Under the pieces are notes generated by a model, which had not been told where the DNA came from, ran no database searches, and saw only the letters and a list, made by a program, of their open reading frames with translations. From a virus (Duplodnaviria; Caudoviricetes): 42,757 bases of DNA. Positions 23,401-30,738 of this stretch are shown here, piece after piece. The stretch is from the IMG/VR virus record IMGVR_UViG_3300030708_003228, positions 1-42,757 of that record; one strand, given 5' to 3'. The translations under genes and the position numbers were made by a program. Within the stretch, counting starts at the first letter, position 1. Every line of letters begins with the position of its first letter.

Positions 23401-24942
23401 AACATCAGATTCAATGTTGGTATTATTTCTGCAACAAATTCCCTTATTCTTGATAAAGTTCAGGGAACATTCAATACATCCAGTGAACTGATGACAATCA
23501 ACTCTGTTGGTGTTGCATCTACACTCACAGGATCCATACCAAGTGCAATTTCTAACACAGAACCTTACAGAGATGGCCTACATTTCAAGGTTACTCAGAG
23601 AAACCACGGTATGCACGCTGCGAACAACAAAGTAACTATTTCTGGTGCAATTGGTGTTACTTCAACATCAACAGTTTCTACACAGTATTCAAATACAAGT
23701 ACAACTGATGTTGAAATTGCAGCTGTTGGATTATTTGCAAGTTTTGAAAATGTGGGTGTTTCCACAACCAACCCTGGATATGCGAAAATCAATGATGAAA
23801 TCATTGAATATACTGGTGTAGATGCTGGATCAACTCCACAAAAACTCACTGGTATTACAAGAGGAATTGATAACACTGTTGCTCAAATTCACAGAGTGGG
23901 TGATCTAGTTACTAAGTATGAAGCTTCTGGAATTTCTCTCAGAAGAATTAACAAGACCCATAGTTTTGCAGAAATTGCTAACAACGTACCCAGAACACTT
24001 GATACTTACTATCTGAAAGTTGATACAACTTCAACAGGAGTGGGCACCGTTAGAGATGGAACTAACTCTTTCCCTACACTTAAGATTTCCGATACTCAAA
24101 ATCTTGGTGGTTCCAGAGCAAGAGCGACTCAAAACATTGCTTTTGAAACACTGACACCAAATATTCAGTTTACTGCTCCTAAGGCCACTAACATTTCGGG
24201 AAGAGTTAGAACAATTTCTGGAACAAGTATAGATGGTAATGAAGTTTCATTCCAAGATCAAGGATTTGAAACCATTGACATCAGTGGACAAAACAATTTT
24301 GATTCTCCAAGGATGATCGCATCCAAGGTTAATGAACAGGACAAATTATCCGCTCTGCCTGGTAGTAAGTCATTTACAATGGAGTTAGTTCTTTCCACTA
24401 GAGATCCTAATGTTTCTCCTGTAATTGATACTGACAGAATGTCTGTCATTACAACGACAAACAGATTGGATCAACAAATTACGAACTTCCCCGATGACAG
24501 AAGAGTCAATTCTAGATTTGACGATCCTAACGCTGCAATTTATCTGAGTAAGAGAGTTAATCTTCAAAATCCCGCAACCTTACTCCAAGTTAAATTCTCG
24601 GCGTATAGAGATCCAAGTGCAGATTTCCGTGTAATGTATAAACTCTTCAGATCTGATTCTGCTGATGATCAACAAACGTTTGAATTGTTCCCTGGTTATG
24701 AAAATCTTACAGATACAACTGGAGATGGATTTGGGGATAAAGTAACGGATCCCAAAAATAATAATGGACATCCAGATGCATTAGTTCCTCCCGCAAAATC
24801 TAGAAATGACTTTAGAGATTATCAATTTACCGCGAAAAATTTACCTGAATTTTCTGGATTTGAAATCAAAGTCATTATGACTGGAACAAACCAAGCATAC
24901 CCTCCAAAGATCAAAGAACTTAGAGCCATCGCATTTGCATAA
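17401..24942 (+). CDS. Large virion structural protein, VrlC-like/DUF4815-type (2513 aa)
   Basis: NLNVSPYFDDF...RVLFKP..PVQARELTQLQSILQ, APGADRL, LARRTYDESGDY, RFKSGFFVDNF, DPLAQSF, GSLFKSQNGSTWT; follows gp8. Confidence 0.85.
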   Translation: MPQETNLNVSPYFDDFNEDKNFNRVLFKPASPVQARELTQLQSILQGQIEKFGRHFFKEGSQVIPGQIAYDSLYYAVEVTDSFFGIDVVDYLEGVVGKTIRGENSGVEAKVVNYVTKTESSRGTNTLYVKYTKSGNDFVTTSFLDGENLIASTDIEYGNSRIIANNPFASCIPENATCIASAAKIEDGVYFIRGFFVRVLADTVILDQYTDRPNARVGLFIEENLVTAYADESLFDNAGGFSNFAAPGADRLQIKTTLIKKDLDEFNDENFVELLRIENGVVQKLIQKTDYNLIRDELARRTYDESGDYYIKPFQVTVKESLNDRVGNGGVYFENQQTAQGNTPGTDLMTVSVSPGKAYVKGYDIEKISNTLIDLEKPRTIKTIESAAVAFDSVSRLIVNNVYGSPAIGFGTTATVSLRSERVTTGGTTPGIEVGVAKVYDYKLEAAAYANDASKYDLFLYDLQTFTTLTVSSDVTLTTPVRVEGARSGATAFLKDNVSSSKTLTLTDTSGTFIVDEPLFINGIRVNYVVTSVREYSFGDVKSLQQQVGVNTFTADLELSSRFALAPLGSNFTIGSAGIVTAPGQRFSAGIRTGDIVTYNRTGFSDPTFNRVSAISSDGSTITIVSLGSSVSGVCDGGLTTTEIQTSDFTLLKPTIIGAQSSTLLSDLPQPYISSVDLTNATIQIRKQYTLNIASNRGSVTIEDRDLFFQPFDEERYNLVYSDGTVESLTSAKVVFNTTFKNVSLRGLSKTTDTNAVLVATLEKVNIKSKTKNLTRCSKTVINRSKYEHSGSTGTSFNNGLTYNTVYGTRVEDDQICINVPDGIRVHAVFESSTVDEPTLPQLTLINRSSDLTDTLQGEIILGSTSGAVARVVDSTTSTVDIVYENELRFTVEESVVFKSSGITGSVSNVVIGDKNIVDDFTFDNGQRPEYLDYSRIVRDPGAAEPSRQLAIIYDHFTVDTGAGGDLITVNSYPPETYDNDLPSLARTNLITDFIDVRPRVKNYSPSSDTDSPFEYDFRDFSAEGTGVPNILIPDETLNLGYSYYLGRTDKLILNKLGTFEIKRGAPSERPLAPEVAQDAFTVATIFNFPYVRQANAETRVVLSKHKRYTMFDIARLEQRVENIEFYSQLSLLETDTANLNIKDATTGLDRFKSGFFVDNFRSHTSHNIASPIFRSSIEKSKGYLRPLHYTTAIDLLLGSEQVVGIGTTANPNADLTQVSDLQSNSLRKTGDLVTLDYTENAFVRQNFATKTENVNPFAIISWGGGVQLNPASDVWVDERNLAVNNVEIEGSFDAFMTSLNVDPNTGLAPIDWGAWEEEWRTLETTEREISRERTNVTTVSDSGWRGGWGWQNRSLLMRDTFQTERLQTINIQTGLTRSGVQLEVNERIDTESLGTRLVNNEIVPFIRSRNVEFVATRIKPRTQFYTFFDGVDVTSFTTPKLLEITMQQGVFQVGETVVGTTPGDNVVAGGTGPEITFRVAAANHKLGAYDDPTTIYDVNPYSDAVGISSVYSATSSILNVDTASLQLQVLGDFRGFAAKGMRLIGQTSGAEATINDLRLITDEKGTLIGSYFIPDINTSVTAPSFETGTRSFRVTSSPVNSLSPADNPSSAESLYRAEGTINTFQEDVINVRNADIQRETFTDDTVRDSTIQRVVDVTVEELRDVNLRRFVSPPPPPPPRRWGDPLAQSFEIPEENGAFITSVDIFFSTRDANIPVTCQIRTMKTGLPTSTVVPFGEVTLEPAEINLSTDGTVPTRFTFPSPVFLAGVEEYAIVLISNSNDYNVFIAEMEQEDLTTASLPESERTIVSQQPYMGSLFKSQNGSTWTPSQFEDMKFTLYKADFTLVPGTLKLYNPELGVGVQNNPRLRRNAFEFLTQEIVVGLGSTVITRDFSIGSRMTQVGNQTAEGNVTKSLGAIKINTSATEAGGITTNTVGTGLTPAASNLTYTGIALTTITGNGSGATANIQVTSGSVGVVTVVSGGSGYAEGDVLGCDLGETGRNIRFNVGIISATNSLILDKVQGTFNTSSELMTINSVGVASTLTGSIPSAISNTEPYRDGLHFKVTQRNHGMHAANNKVTISGAIGVTSTSTVSTQYSNTSTTDVEIAAVGLFASFENVGVSTTNPGYAKINDEIIEYTGVDAGSTPQKLTGITRGIDNTVAQIHRVGDLVTKYEASGISLRRINKTHSFAEIANNVPRTLDTYYLKVDTTSTGVGTVRDGTNSFPTLKISDTQNLGGSRARATQNIAFETLTPNIQFTAPKATNISGRVRTISGTSIDGNEVSFQDQGFETIDISGQNNFDSPRMIASKVNEQDKLSALPGSKSFTMELVLSTRDPNVSPVIDTDRMSVITTTNRLDQQITNFPDDRRVNSRFDDPNAAIYLSKRVNLQNPATLLQVKFSAYRDPSADFRVMYKLFRSDSADDQQTFELFPGYENLTDTTGDGFGDKVTDPKNNNGHPDALVPPAKSRNDFRDYQFTAKNLPEFSGFEIKVIMTGTNQAYPPKIKELRAIAFA

Positions 24943-25142
24943 TGTATCAAAAAGTAGAAGGACATGCCGAATTATTGAGAGATACGGAAAGCGGTGCCGT
25001 TATTAATAACGACACCGCAGCCTATCAAAATTATATGGCAATGAAAAATCAAAAACTCAAAGAAAAAAATCGAATTGACAACATTGAAGATGAAATTGTA
25101 GAAATCAAGTCATTATTGAAGGATTTGATTAATAAACTGTAG
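24942..25142 (+). CDS. Small hypothetical protein with C-terminal coiled coil
   Basis: 66 aa (KVEGHAELLRD..SGAVIN); TAATG coupling to the upstream gene. Confidence 0.8.
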   Translation: MYQKVEGHAELLRDTESGAVINNDTAAYQNYMAMKNQKLKEKNRIDNIEDEIVEIKSLLKDLINKL

Positions 25143-25146
25143 AACA

Positions 25147-25154
25147 CATAAATA
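25147..25154 (+). promoter_or_regulatory. Late promoter
   Basis: Intergenic CATAAATA, 27 nt before the 25182 ATG. Confidence 0.75.
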
Positions 25155-25181
25155 TCTTATAGATAAGGTGCTATTGATGTT

Positions 25182-25526
25182 ATGGCTGTTTATGTCGTTA
25201 ACTTAATTATTGATCAAGGCACCGATTTTGAACAAACGTTTAACCTTTCTGCTGCAAATGGTGATGCGTTAAATCTTACAAATTATACTGCTAGTGCTCG
25301 AATAAGAAAGCATTCTAGTAGTAAGAGGTCATATGACTTTACTGTTAGTTTTACTGACCGATTGGCTGGTCAATTAAAACTTGCAATGACAAGAGATGTA
25401 ACTAAAACAATAAAACCTGGTAGATACATTTATGACATCTTTTTAAGTGATTCAAATTCCGATGTAACAAAAGTTGTTGAGGGCCAAGTTTTAGTGAGAG
25501 AAAGTGCTACTAAAACGGTGGGGTAA
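25182..25526 (+). CDS. Putative virion structural protein (BppU-N/Ig-like fibre adaptor)
   Basis: NLIIDQGTDFEQTF...LNLTNYTASARIRK...GRYIYDI...KVVEG pattern; behind a late promoter and ahead of fibre genes. Confidence 0.65.
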   Translation: MAVYVVNLIIDQGTDFEQTFNLSAANGDALNLTNYTASARIRKHSSSKRSYDFTVSFTDRLAGQLKLAMTRDVTKTIKPGRYIYDIFLSDSNSDVTKVVEGQVLVRESATKTVG

Positions 25527-25531
25527 AGTAA

Positions 25532-25750
25532 ATGGCTAATCCGATAAGGATTACGGTTGGCGGAGTTAACGCAGTTAAAGTCGCTAGTACTTCTAGAGCT
25601 GCCGCTGGTGGCACTCTCAGAGCTCTTTCAGACACTAGTGTTTCTAGTGTTGCTGATGGTAACATCCTGGTGTATAACGCAATCACTGGACTTTGGACAG
25701 CTCAAGCAAATTTGGGTGATGACACTGTGATTGATGGAGGCACCTTCTGA
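25532..25750 (+). CDS. Small fibre-associated protein
   Basis: LRALSDT.V..VADGNILVYN...W fibre repeat and C-terminal IDGGTF. Confidence 0.65.
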   Translation: MANPIRITVGGVNAVKVASTSRAAAGGTLRALSDTSVSSVADGNILVYNAITGLWTAQANLGDDTVIDGGTF

Positions 25751-27273
25751 TGGCTATCATTAAGATTAAAAGGTCAACAGGAATATCTGCCCCTACATCA
25801 CTAAATTATGGCGAATTAGCCGTAACGATTGATGTTTCTAATTCTGCAACTTATAATAATAAGGCAGGCAGATTATTCGTTGGTAATGATCAAGGAGATC
25901 CAGTAGTAATTGGTGGTGAGTGGAATGCGAGATTATTAGATCACCAACCAGGAACTCTTACTGAAAATTCTGCTATAGTTGTTGGTGCAGGAAGCACAAT
26001 TGACAATTTTTATTCAATTGGTATAGCAACTTTTCAGGATGTTAATTTTGATGGTAATATAAGTTTTGCTAGTACCGTAAGTTTTGCTAGTTCGGTTTCT
26101 TTTGGATCTACGACGTATGTATCCAGAGATGATCTTTTAATTACTGGATTATCAACAACATCTGATGGTGGTCCACTATTATTTGTTAATAGTGATGGTC
26201 TGATAACCAATAATAGTACAATCCAGTTTCTTGATTCGACACGCACGTTAGATGTTGAAAACGTGTCTGCGGGCAATAGTTCCTTTGGACTTACTGGTAT
26301 TTTTACCACTGGCCTGATTGAAAACCTTACGGTAGGTTCTGGAGCTACAACATATACTTTTCCAGTTGGTCGTGGAACTACAGGACAAATCCTTGTTCAA
26401 GGTCTAAATGGAGTTCTGGGATTTGCTACTAACGATCAGAGACTCAATATTGTTGGAGATGAGTTTACTGGTAGTGTAGGTCTTGGATCAGAGTCTTTAC
26501 ATATACTTGGTGGATCAAATCTCAATACCGTAGCGGTAGGTAATGGTAATACAATTACCGTAAACTTAGATGATGATGTATTAGTAGGAGGTGCGTTAAC
26601 TGTCACTGGTGACATGACAGTTAATGGTAACTTGACATATTTGAGTTCAACTATAACTCAAATTGAAGATAAGAAGATTGATCTGGCGGTGCCAGATAGT
26701 GGAAGTCCTTCAGACGCTGGAGCTGACGGTGGTGGTATTGCCATTAAAGGTGATTCTGATTACGAGATTGTATGGAGTAATTCCAGAGACTCATTTACAG
26801 TCAATCAACATTGGGAACCACTGAGCGACAATCTTTATAATCTTGGATCATCTTCAGCTAGATGGAAATCTCTTCATGCTTCTGACGTAACGATATCTAG
26901 TGCTTCTACCATCACATCGGCTACGATTCAAGGTGGAAGTATTGATAATACACCCGTAGGTGTTGGAACATCTGCAGTTGTAAATGCAACTACACTTTCA
27001 TATGTAACTTCTATAGGTGGAACAACAAATGTAACTAGACTAACTGGCACTGATGCTGACTTTGATTCTTTGGTTGTAAGTGGTGTCTCCACTTTAGCGT
27101 CGTTAATTATTTCAGATAGTCTTGATACTAATGGTGTTGCATATGCAGGAACTGATGGAGGAGTGGGATTTACTTCTTCCCCAACGGCAGGTATTTCCAC
27201 ATCAACGTATTTACTCACATCGTTAAGTGGTGTTCCTGTCTACACAGACACCATTGATTGCGGCACCTACTAA
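25750..27273 (+). CDS. Tail-fibre-like protein (507 aa)
   Basis: N-terminal IKIKRSTG..APTSLNYGELA (Mtd-N-like), GDMTVNG...IEDKKIDL...ADGGGI and DNLYNLGSSSARW fibre modules; G/S/T-rich. Confidence 0.75.
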   Translation: MAIIKIKRSTGISAPTSLNYGELAVTIDVSNSATYNNKAGRLFVGNDQGDPVVIGGEWNARLLDHQPGTLTENSAIVVGAGSTIDNFYSIGIATFQDVNFDGNISFASTVSFASSVSFGSTTYVSRDDLLITGLSTTSDGGPLLFVNSDGLITNNSTIQFLDSTRTLDVENVSAGNSSFGLTGIFTTGLIENLTVGSGATTYTFPVGRGTTGQILVQGLNGVLGFATNDQRLNIVGDEFTGSVGLGSESLHILGGSNLNTVAVGNGNTITVNLDDDVLVGGALTVTGDMTVNGNLTYLSSTITQIEDKKIDLAVPDSGSPSDAGADGGGIAIKGDSDYEIVWSNSRDSFTVNQHWEPLSDNLYNLGSSSARWKSLHASDVTISSASTITSATIQGGSIDNTPVGVGTSAVVNATTLSYVTSIGGTTNVTRLTGTDADFDSLVVSGVSTLASLIISDSLDTNGVAYAGTDGGVGFTSSPTAGISTSTYLLTSLSGVPVYTDTIDCGTY

Positions 27274-27282
27274 AAGACGACT

Positions 27283-27290
27283 ACTAAATA
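27283..27290 (+). promoter_or_regulatory. Late promoter (CTAAATA variant)
   Basis: Intergenic ACTAAATA, 22 nt before gp13. Confidence 0.65.
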
Positions 27291-27312
27291 GCTGGAAGCT
27301 AGTTCTATATAA

Positions 27313-28461
27313 ATGGCTAAACCTAGCACTAGACAAGAACTGATCGATTACTGTCTTAGACAGCTGGGTGAGCCAGTTCTGGAAGTAAATGTAGATGAAG
27401 ATCAAATTGATGATCTTGTAGATGATGCCATTCAGTTCTTTCAAGAACGACATATGGATGGTGTTGAGAGAATGTTTCTCAAACACCAAATCCAACAATG
27501 GGAAATTGACGCAGCGAGAACTAAGCAGATTGGTTCTATTGGTATTCATTCACAGTCATTTGACGGCAGTAATGGAGAAATAGTAAAGGTTGGAACTGCT
27601 GATACAGGATCAACTGGAAGTTTCATTTTACCAAATCACGGCCTTGCAACAGGAACACAAATCTTCTATAGTTTTACAGGCGCAGGTAGCACCTCAATCG
27701 CAATCGCAGATGGCATCTCTGTGCCAGGTATCGGAACGACAGCTTTTCTGGGCATTAGCACTGATAGTGTTGAATACTATGCTATTGTTGATAGTCCTAA
27801 CGAAATACGGGTGGCTACCAGCCTTGCAAATGCCAAAACTGGATTGGGAGTAACTATTGAACAAGTTGGTGTAGGAGCCACTCACTTTTTCTCAACCAAA
27901 ACAGAATATACAGAAGCGCGAAATTATATTGAAATTCCAGATCATGTAATAGGAGTTCAGGGTATTTTCAGATTTGATGATAATACCATTTCACAGAACA
28001 TGTTCAGTATTTCCTATCAAATTTTCCTGAACGATGTTTATAACTTTAGTTCTGTGGAACTATTGAACTACACAATGGTCAAAGAGTATCTTGAAACTAT
28101 TCAATTCTTAATTAGTCCAGATAAAAAAGTAAGATATAACAAAAGGGGTAATAGACTCTATATTGATATGGATTGGGAATCTCAAACAGCAGGAGATTAC
28201 CTAGTCATTGATTGTTTCAGAATCTTAGATCCATCAAGTAATTCTGAGGTTTATAATGATTCTTACCTGAAAAAATATTTGACTTCATTGATCAAAAGAC
28301 AATGGGGCCAAAATTTAATGAAGTTCCAAGGTGTTCAACTCCCTGGTGGACTTACATTGAATGGTAGACAACTCTATGAAGATGCACTCAGAGAGCTTGC
28401 AGAGTTGCAACAAAGAATGACGTTTGACTATGAACTTCCTCCCCTTGATTTGATCGGCTGA
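27313..28461 (+). CDS. gp13: Neck protein gp13 with internal ~118-aa insertion
   Basis: PSTRQELIDYCLRQLGEPVLEVNVDEDQIDD...; C-terminal KRQWGQNLMKFQGVQLPGG.TLNG...PPLDLIG. Confidence 0.93.
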   Translation: MAKPSTRQELIDYCLRQLGEPVLEVNVDEDQIDDLVDDAIQFFQERHMDGVERMFLKHQIQQWEIDAARTKQIGSIGIHSQSFDGSNGEIVKVGTADTGSTGSFILPNHGLATGTQIFYSFTGAGSTSIAIADGISVPGIGTTAFLGISTDSVEYYAIVDSPNEIRVATSLANAKTGLGVTIEQVGVGATHFFSTKTEYTEARNYIEIPDHVIGVQGIFRFDDNTISQNMFSISYQIFLNDVYNFSSVELLNYTMVKEYLETIQFLISPDKKVRYNKRGNRLYIDMDWESQTAGDYLVIDCFRILDPSSNSEVYNDSYLKKYLTSLIKRQWGQNLMKFQGVQLPGGLTLNGRQLYEDALRELAELQQRMTFDYELPPLDLIG

Positions 28462-30722
28462 TGACTCCACTAAATCCTTTTTTCCGACAAGCAGTAGCCA
28501 GTGAACAGAGACTGGTACAAGACTTGGTTAATGAACATCTTAGGATGTATGGCCAAGAGGTTTATTACATGCCCAGAAAATATATGGGTACTGACAGAAT
28601 CATGCGAGAGAACATTCTCGCTAGATTTGATGATGCATATCCGATTGAAGCTTATATTGCAAATGTAGATGGTTTTCAGGGTTCTGGTGATCTGATGACC
28701 AAATTTGGTATCAGAGTAACTGACGAAGCCACATTCATCATTTCCAAGGAAAGATTTCAAGATTATATTGGAGAACTTGCTTCAAACATAGATTCTGCCG
28801 AAGACAGAAGATTGGATTCTTCCTTTGGTAGACCGATGGAGGGAGATTTAATTTATTTCCCACTTACAGATAGTTTATTTGAAATTAAATTTGTTGAACA
28901 TGAAAGTCCATTCTATCAATTTGGACAATTAACAACTTTTGAACTGAGATGTGAACTCTTTGAATATGAACAGGAGGTCATTGACACGGGTATTGGTGAT
29001 ATTGATGATAATGCAGCAGACATTGGATATGTTGTTACTCTAAATTTGGTTGGTGCTGGTTTGACAGCAACAGCTAACTTCAGTCCCGTTAATGGTGGAG
29101 TGCATGAAATCATCATTCAAAATGATGGTTATGGATACGAATCTGTTCCAATTGTGTCTATTTCAACTTCACCAAATGGTGCGGTTCTAGGGAATGCTAC
29201 TGCTGTGGCTATTGGAACAATTGGAGCAGGATCTACAACATATTCTCTCCAGTCAATCAAGATTACAAATCCAGGATTTGGTTATACTACAGCACCAACT
29301 GTAACCATACTTGGAAGTGGATCTGGTGCCAAGGCCAGAGCTAATATTGGTGATGGTGTTCTTAATCTTAATACGTTCTTTGAAGGTACAAAATATTCTA
29401 AGGCACCAGTCGTTGCGGTTTCTACCTCACCAAGTGGACTCTCTACATCAAATGCCGTAATTGAAGCAGTTGTATCTTCTGCGGGAACAGTATCACAGAT
29501 TAGATACACTAATGCTGGATTTGGATATACTGTAGTTACGACAGCTGCTATATCGAGTCCCTATGAAACGTTAGCTGCTCAAGGAAAAGTTGGTATTGTA
29601 ACCGCAGCTGAAAGTTACGATGCGTTTAGTATTGGCATTGGAACCACTTCAGAAACAAGAAATGTTGTGACAGGTGTTGTGACCTCTATTACGGTCACAC
29701 AATCTGGTGTTGGTTATACTGTAGCTCCAACCATTACAATTTCCGATCCAACTGGATTTAAGGCAGGAATTGTTACAGCAGGAATCGCAACAGTTGGTGT
29801 TGCAAGTACAGTATCGAGTTTGAGTGTTTCAAGTCCTGGTGAAAATTATGGAACTAATCCAGTAGTAACTATTGCAAATCCATCTGGATTTAGATCTGGA
29901 ATCATTACTGCGGGAGTTGGTATTGGAACAACAATTAACTCCATTAGCATTGGAAATTCTGGTGCATATTATTATAGCGCACCAATATTAACAATTAGTG
30001 ATCCAGCTGGAGTTGGATCTACAGCCACAGCAACAGCATTTATTAATAGTACGGGAATTATTACAGGAGTTACTTTAACAAGTCCAGGATTTGGTTATAG
30101 TATTACGGATACCATAACTGTTACTTTGACGGGAGGCATCAGTACAGCCACTGGAACTGTTCAAATAAATTCTATTGGAATTATTACTTCCACAACAATA
30201 ACTAATGCTGGATTTGGATATACTACTATCCCATCAGTGACTCTCACTGGTGGAATTAGTACGGCTACAGCAACAGCATTTATCAGTAGTGCGGGTATTG
30301 TAACTGGAACAACAATTACAAACGCTGGTGCTGGATATACAACTATTCCAACAATAACATTTGACGAACCAGGGGTTCCTGTTAACTCTGGAGATTACCT
30401 TTTAAATGAAATAATTACAGGACAAAGTGGTTTAGCGACAGCGTTAGTAAAAGAATGGAATGCATCCACAAATGTATTGAAAGTTTATAATGTTGCTGGT
30501 AACTTGGCGATTGGTGAAGTTATCGCGGGATCTGCAACCACAACATCAACTGGAGATTTGGATCATGTAACAGCCAACTACATTTTGAATAGTATTTCCT
30601 ATGAACATGATGAATCAACTGGTGTTGATGCATTTGAATCGAATACCGAAATTCAAGATGCAGCTACAGATGTAGATGGTATTGTTGATTGGACTGAAAC
30701 AAATCCATTCGGTACTTTCTAA
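28461..30722 (+). CDS. gp14: Neck/head-closure protein gp14 with repeat expansion (753 aa)
   Basis: EQRLVQDLVNEHLRMYGQEVYYMPR, RPMEGDLIYFP, FEIKFVEHESPFYQ...CELFEY; ends DWTETNPFGTF. Confidence 0.92.
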   Translation: MTPLNPFFRQAVASEQRLVQDLVNEHLRMYGQEVYYMPRKYMGTDRIMRENILARFDDAYPIEAYIANVDGFQGSGDLMTKFGIRVTDEATFIISKERFQDYIGELASNIDSAEDRRLDSSFGRPMEGDLIYFPLTDSLFEIKFVEHESPFYQFGQLTTFELRCELFEYEQEVIDTGIGDIDDNAADIGYVVTLNLVGAGLTATANFSPVNGGVHEIIIQNDGYGYESVPIVSISTSPNGAVLGNATAVAIGTIGAGSTTYSLQSIKITNPGFGYTTAPTVTILGSGSGAKARANIGDGVLNLNTFFEGTKYSKAPVVAVSTSPSGLSTSNAVIEAVVSSAGTVSQIRYTNAGFGYTVVTTAAISSPYETLAAQGKVGIVTAAESYDAFSIGIGTTSETRNVVTGVVTSITVTQSGVGYTVAPTITISDPTGFKAGIVTAGIATVGVASTVSSLSVSSPGENYGTNPVVTIANPSGFRSGIITAGVGIGTTINSISIGNSGAYYYSAPILTISDPAGVGSTATATAFINSTGIITGVTLTSPGFGYSITDTITVTLTGGISTATGTVQINSIGIITSTTITNAGFGYTTIPSVTLTGGISTATATAFISSAGIVTGTTITNAGAGYTTIPTITFDEPGVPVNSGDYLLNEIITGQSGLATALVKEWNASTNVLKVYNVAGNLAIGEVIAGSATTTSTGDLDHVTANYILNSISYEHDESTGVDAFESNTEIQDAATDVDGIVDWTETNPFGTF
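30018..30362 (+). repeat. Three degenerate in-frame tandem repeats in gp14 (unit starts 123 and 117 nt apart)
   Basis: Units start at 30018, 30141 and 30258: STAT[AG]T..I.S.GI[IV]T..T[LI]T..G[FA]GY... Confidence 0.8.
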
Positions 30723-30725
30723 ATA
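30718..30725 (+). promoter_or_regulatory. Late promoter (CTAAATA variant)
   Basis: TCTAAATA overlapping the gp14 stop, 13 nt before gp15. Confidence 0.65.
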
Positions 30726-30738
30726 GTTAAAAAACATC

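Noticed and set aside
25750-27273. Diversity-generating retroelement suggested by the Mtd-N-like domain
   Set aside because: No reverse transcriptase, no TR/VR repeat pair and no C-type lectin C-terminus seen.
27289-27301. TAGCT-GGA-AGCTA hairpin as a terminator
   Set aside because: 5-bp weak stem, no U-tract, and it lies just downstream of a promoter motif.
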